DNA from: Octopus sinensis
Taxonomy: Eukaryota
NCBI RefSeq assembly: GCF_006345805.1
Contig: NC_043003.1
Location: forward strand, 2,914,001 to 2,978,000
Direction of reading: 5' to 3'
Length of the DNA stretch: 64,000 bases
Part shown: positions 62,521 through 64,000 of the stretch, piece after piece
Numbering within the stretch: the first letter of the stretch is position 1
Layout of the letters: each line of letters opens with the position of its first letter
Program-made: the position numbers and the translations under genes
Notes under the pieces: model-generated
What the model saw: the letters and a program-made list of their open reading frames with translations, nothing else
The model's database searches: none
What the model was told of the DNA's origin: nothing

Positions 62521-63475
62521 TCAGAGTGCTGACACATCACAGAAAATAAAGTAAATCTCAAATGCTGAATTGCTGTGAAGCCAACTTAGAAGATCAGGTA
62601 AATATCCTGAGATGGTGGCAGAAAGTGGCCAGCAAGCTCCTATAGAGAATTGAGCTCTATACGTCTCAAATTCCAGATGAGTTCAATTCTCTGTAGTGGC
62701 TTGCTGCTCACTTTGTACCATCTCCTAAGGGTATTTACCCAGTCTTCTAGGCTATGCCACACTTGCACATAAAAAGCACCCAGCATGCTGTGTAAAGTGG
62801 TTGGCGTTAGGAAGGGCATGCAGCCGCAGAAACAGTCGGAGTCAGGGCAGCCAACCCATGCCATCATGGAAAACGAATCATAAACAATAATGATGATGAT
62901 GATGATGAAAATACCAACTCACTTGGCACTTTTAAGTTTCTTTACGATAAATACTCAATGCTGTCACAATATTTGAAGAAAAATTTTCTTAAAATAAAAT
63001 AAAGATTATTAATTGGATTTTTAAAGAAATTTTCAAAGATGAGAACCACATGAACCTTTTGCAAGGAAGTTTTTGTTCTGTGTGTGTGTAAGTGCTTTTA
63101 CTGTTAAGTATTTCAGGCACACTATTGCTGTTTTAATTAAGCTATTGTCTCTTTATTATATATTTTAATTTGACTTTGGTTTGGTTTTTAATTATTGTAA
63201 TTTTATACATGTTAAGTTTTTTGGTCATCATCATCATAATCATCATCATTTAACGTCCGTTTTCCATGTTGGTATGGGTTGGACGGTTTGATTGCGGTCT
63301 GGAGAGCCAGGAGGCTGCACCAGGCTCCAGTCTGATCTGGCCGTATTTCTACAGCTGGATGCCCTTCCTAATGCCAACCACTCCTAGAGTGTAGTGGGTG
63401 CTTTTTACATGCCACTGGCACAGGAGCCAGTCATACAAGCCTGGCATCAGTCATGTTCGAATCATCGATCTTATA

Positions 63476-63551
<76 letters not shown>

Positions 63552-64000
63552 TAATTGTATCCTTAGTTATATGTACATATAAACGTATGCACGTTTGATG
63601 ATTTTTGGGAATGATATGGGGGTCATTCTCTTTGATTTTCTGGAACATGACAGTACTAAGGAGCCATTTGGGAGAAGAAACCAAACAAGAATCTGAAAAT
63701 GGTCCCCATTCACCTTGACATTGCATATCCTCACACACGCACACACACACCTTTGGTAACAAATCAGGCAATCATTAAATCGTGTCGGTCAGTTGTCCCC
63801 ACCCAGACTGGGCATCCTGCAACTTGCATCCGTTCAGTCCCAAAGAAGGACCATCTTTGAGGACGTTTAATGAGGTGAGTGAGGGTAGAACAGTGCACAG
63901 GTGGATCTTTTCAAAGATGATTTGAGGGAAAGAGAGATTCAATGATGGTGCAAAGGCATTGCTTGTGATGGAGACTACGTTGAGAACTACCTTTCTGTGA

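Noticed and set aside
63760-64000. Third ACSS2 coding exon near the window end
   Set aside because: No frame gives the expected GxxKGDRVxIYMPM motif.

Overview
This is AT-rich, microsatellite-laden metazoan genomic DNA; the repeat style suggests Octopus or another coleoid cephalopod (inference). Two plus-strand genes are well supported. (1) The last 7 coding exons (453-21091) of a receptor-tyrosine-kinase-like gene with FGFR/RET-type exon structure. Its kinase domain looks catalytically dead: HRD is HGN, DFG is GFG, and the activation loop is short and Tyr-free. (2) The first two coding exons (48015-48316, 59668-59759) of a cytosolic acetyl-CoA synthetase (ACSS2-like). Between them, strong minus-strand splice signals can be joined into a tentative, unrecognised 6-exon ORF divergent from ACSS2 (low confidence). 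The rest is transposon-derived: three decayed RTE LINEs with a PHD finger in the ORF, mariner and maT fragments, piggyBac-type MITEs, a non-autonomous Helitron, R4/Dong-like remnants in (AAT)n arrays, several tRNA-derived SINE families and a 1.2 kb minisatellite. The most striking unannotated signal is a set of minimal type I hammerhead ribozyme motifs with palindromic stem III, of the kind carried by Penelope-like elements, in at least four unrelated repeat families. They include a compensated G3:C8 core variant, recurrent U4C variants, and a tRNA-head SINE that ends in a hammerhead. Most sit in head-to-head inverted dimers with the ribozymes reading outward. All structures were folded by eye and none has been tested computationally or experimentally.
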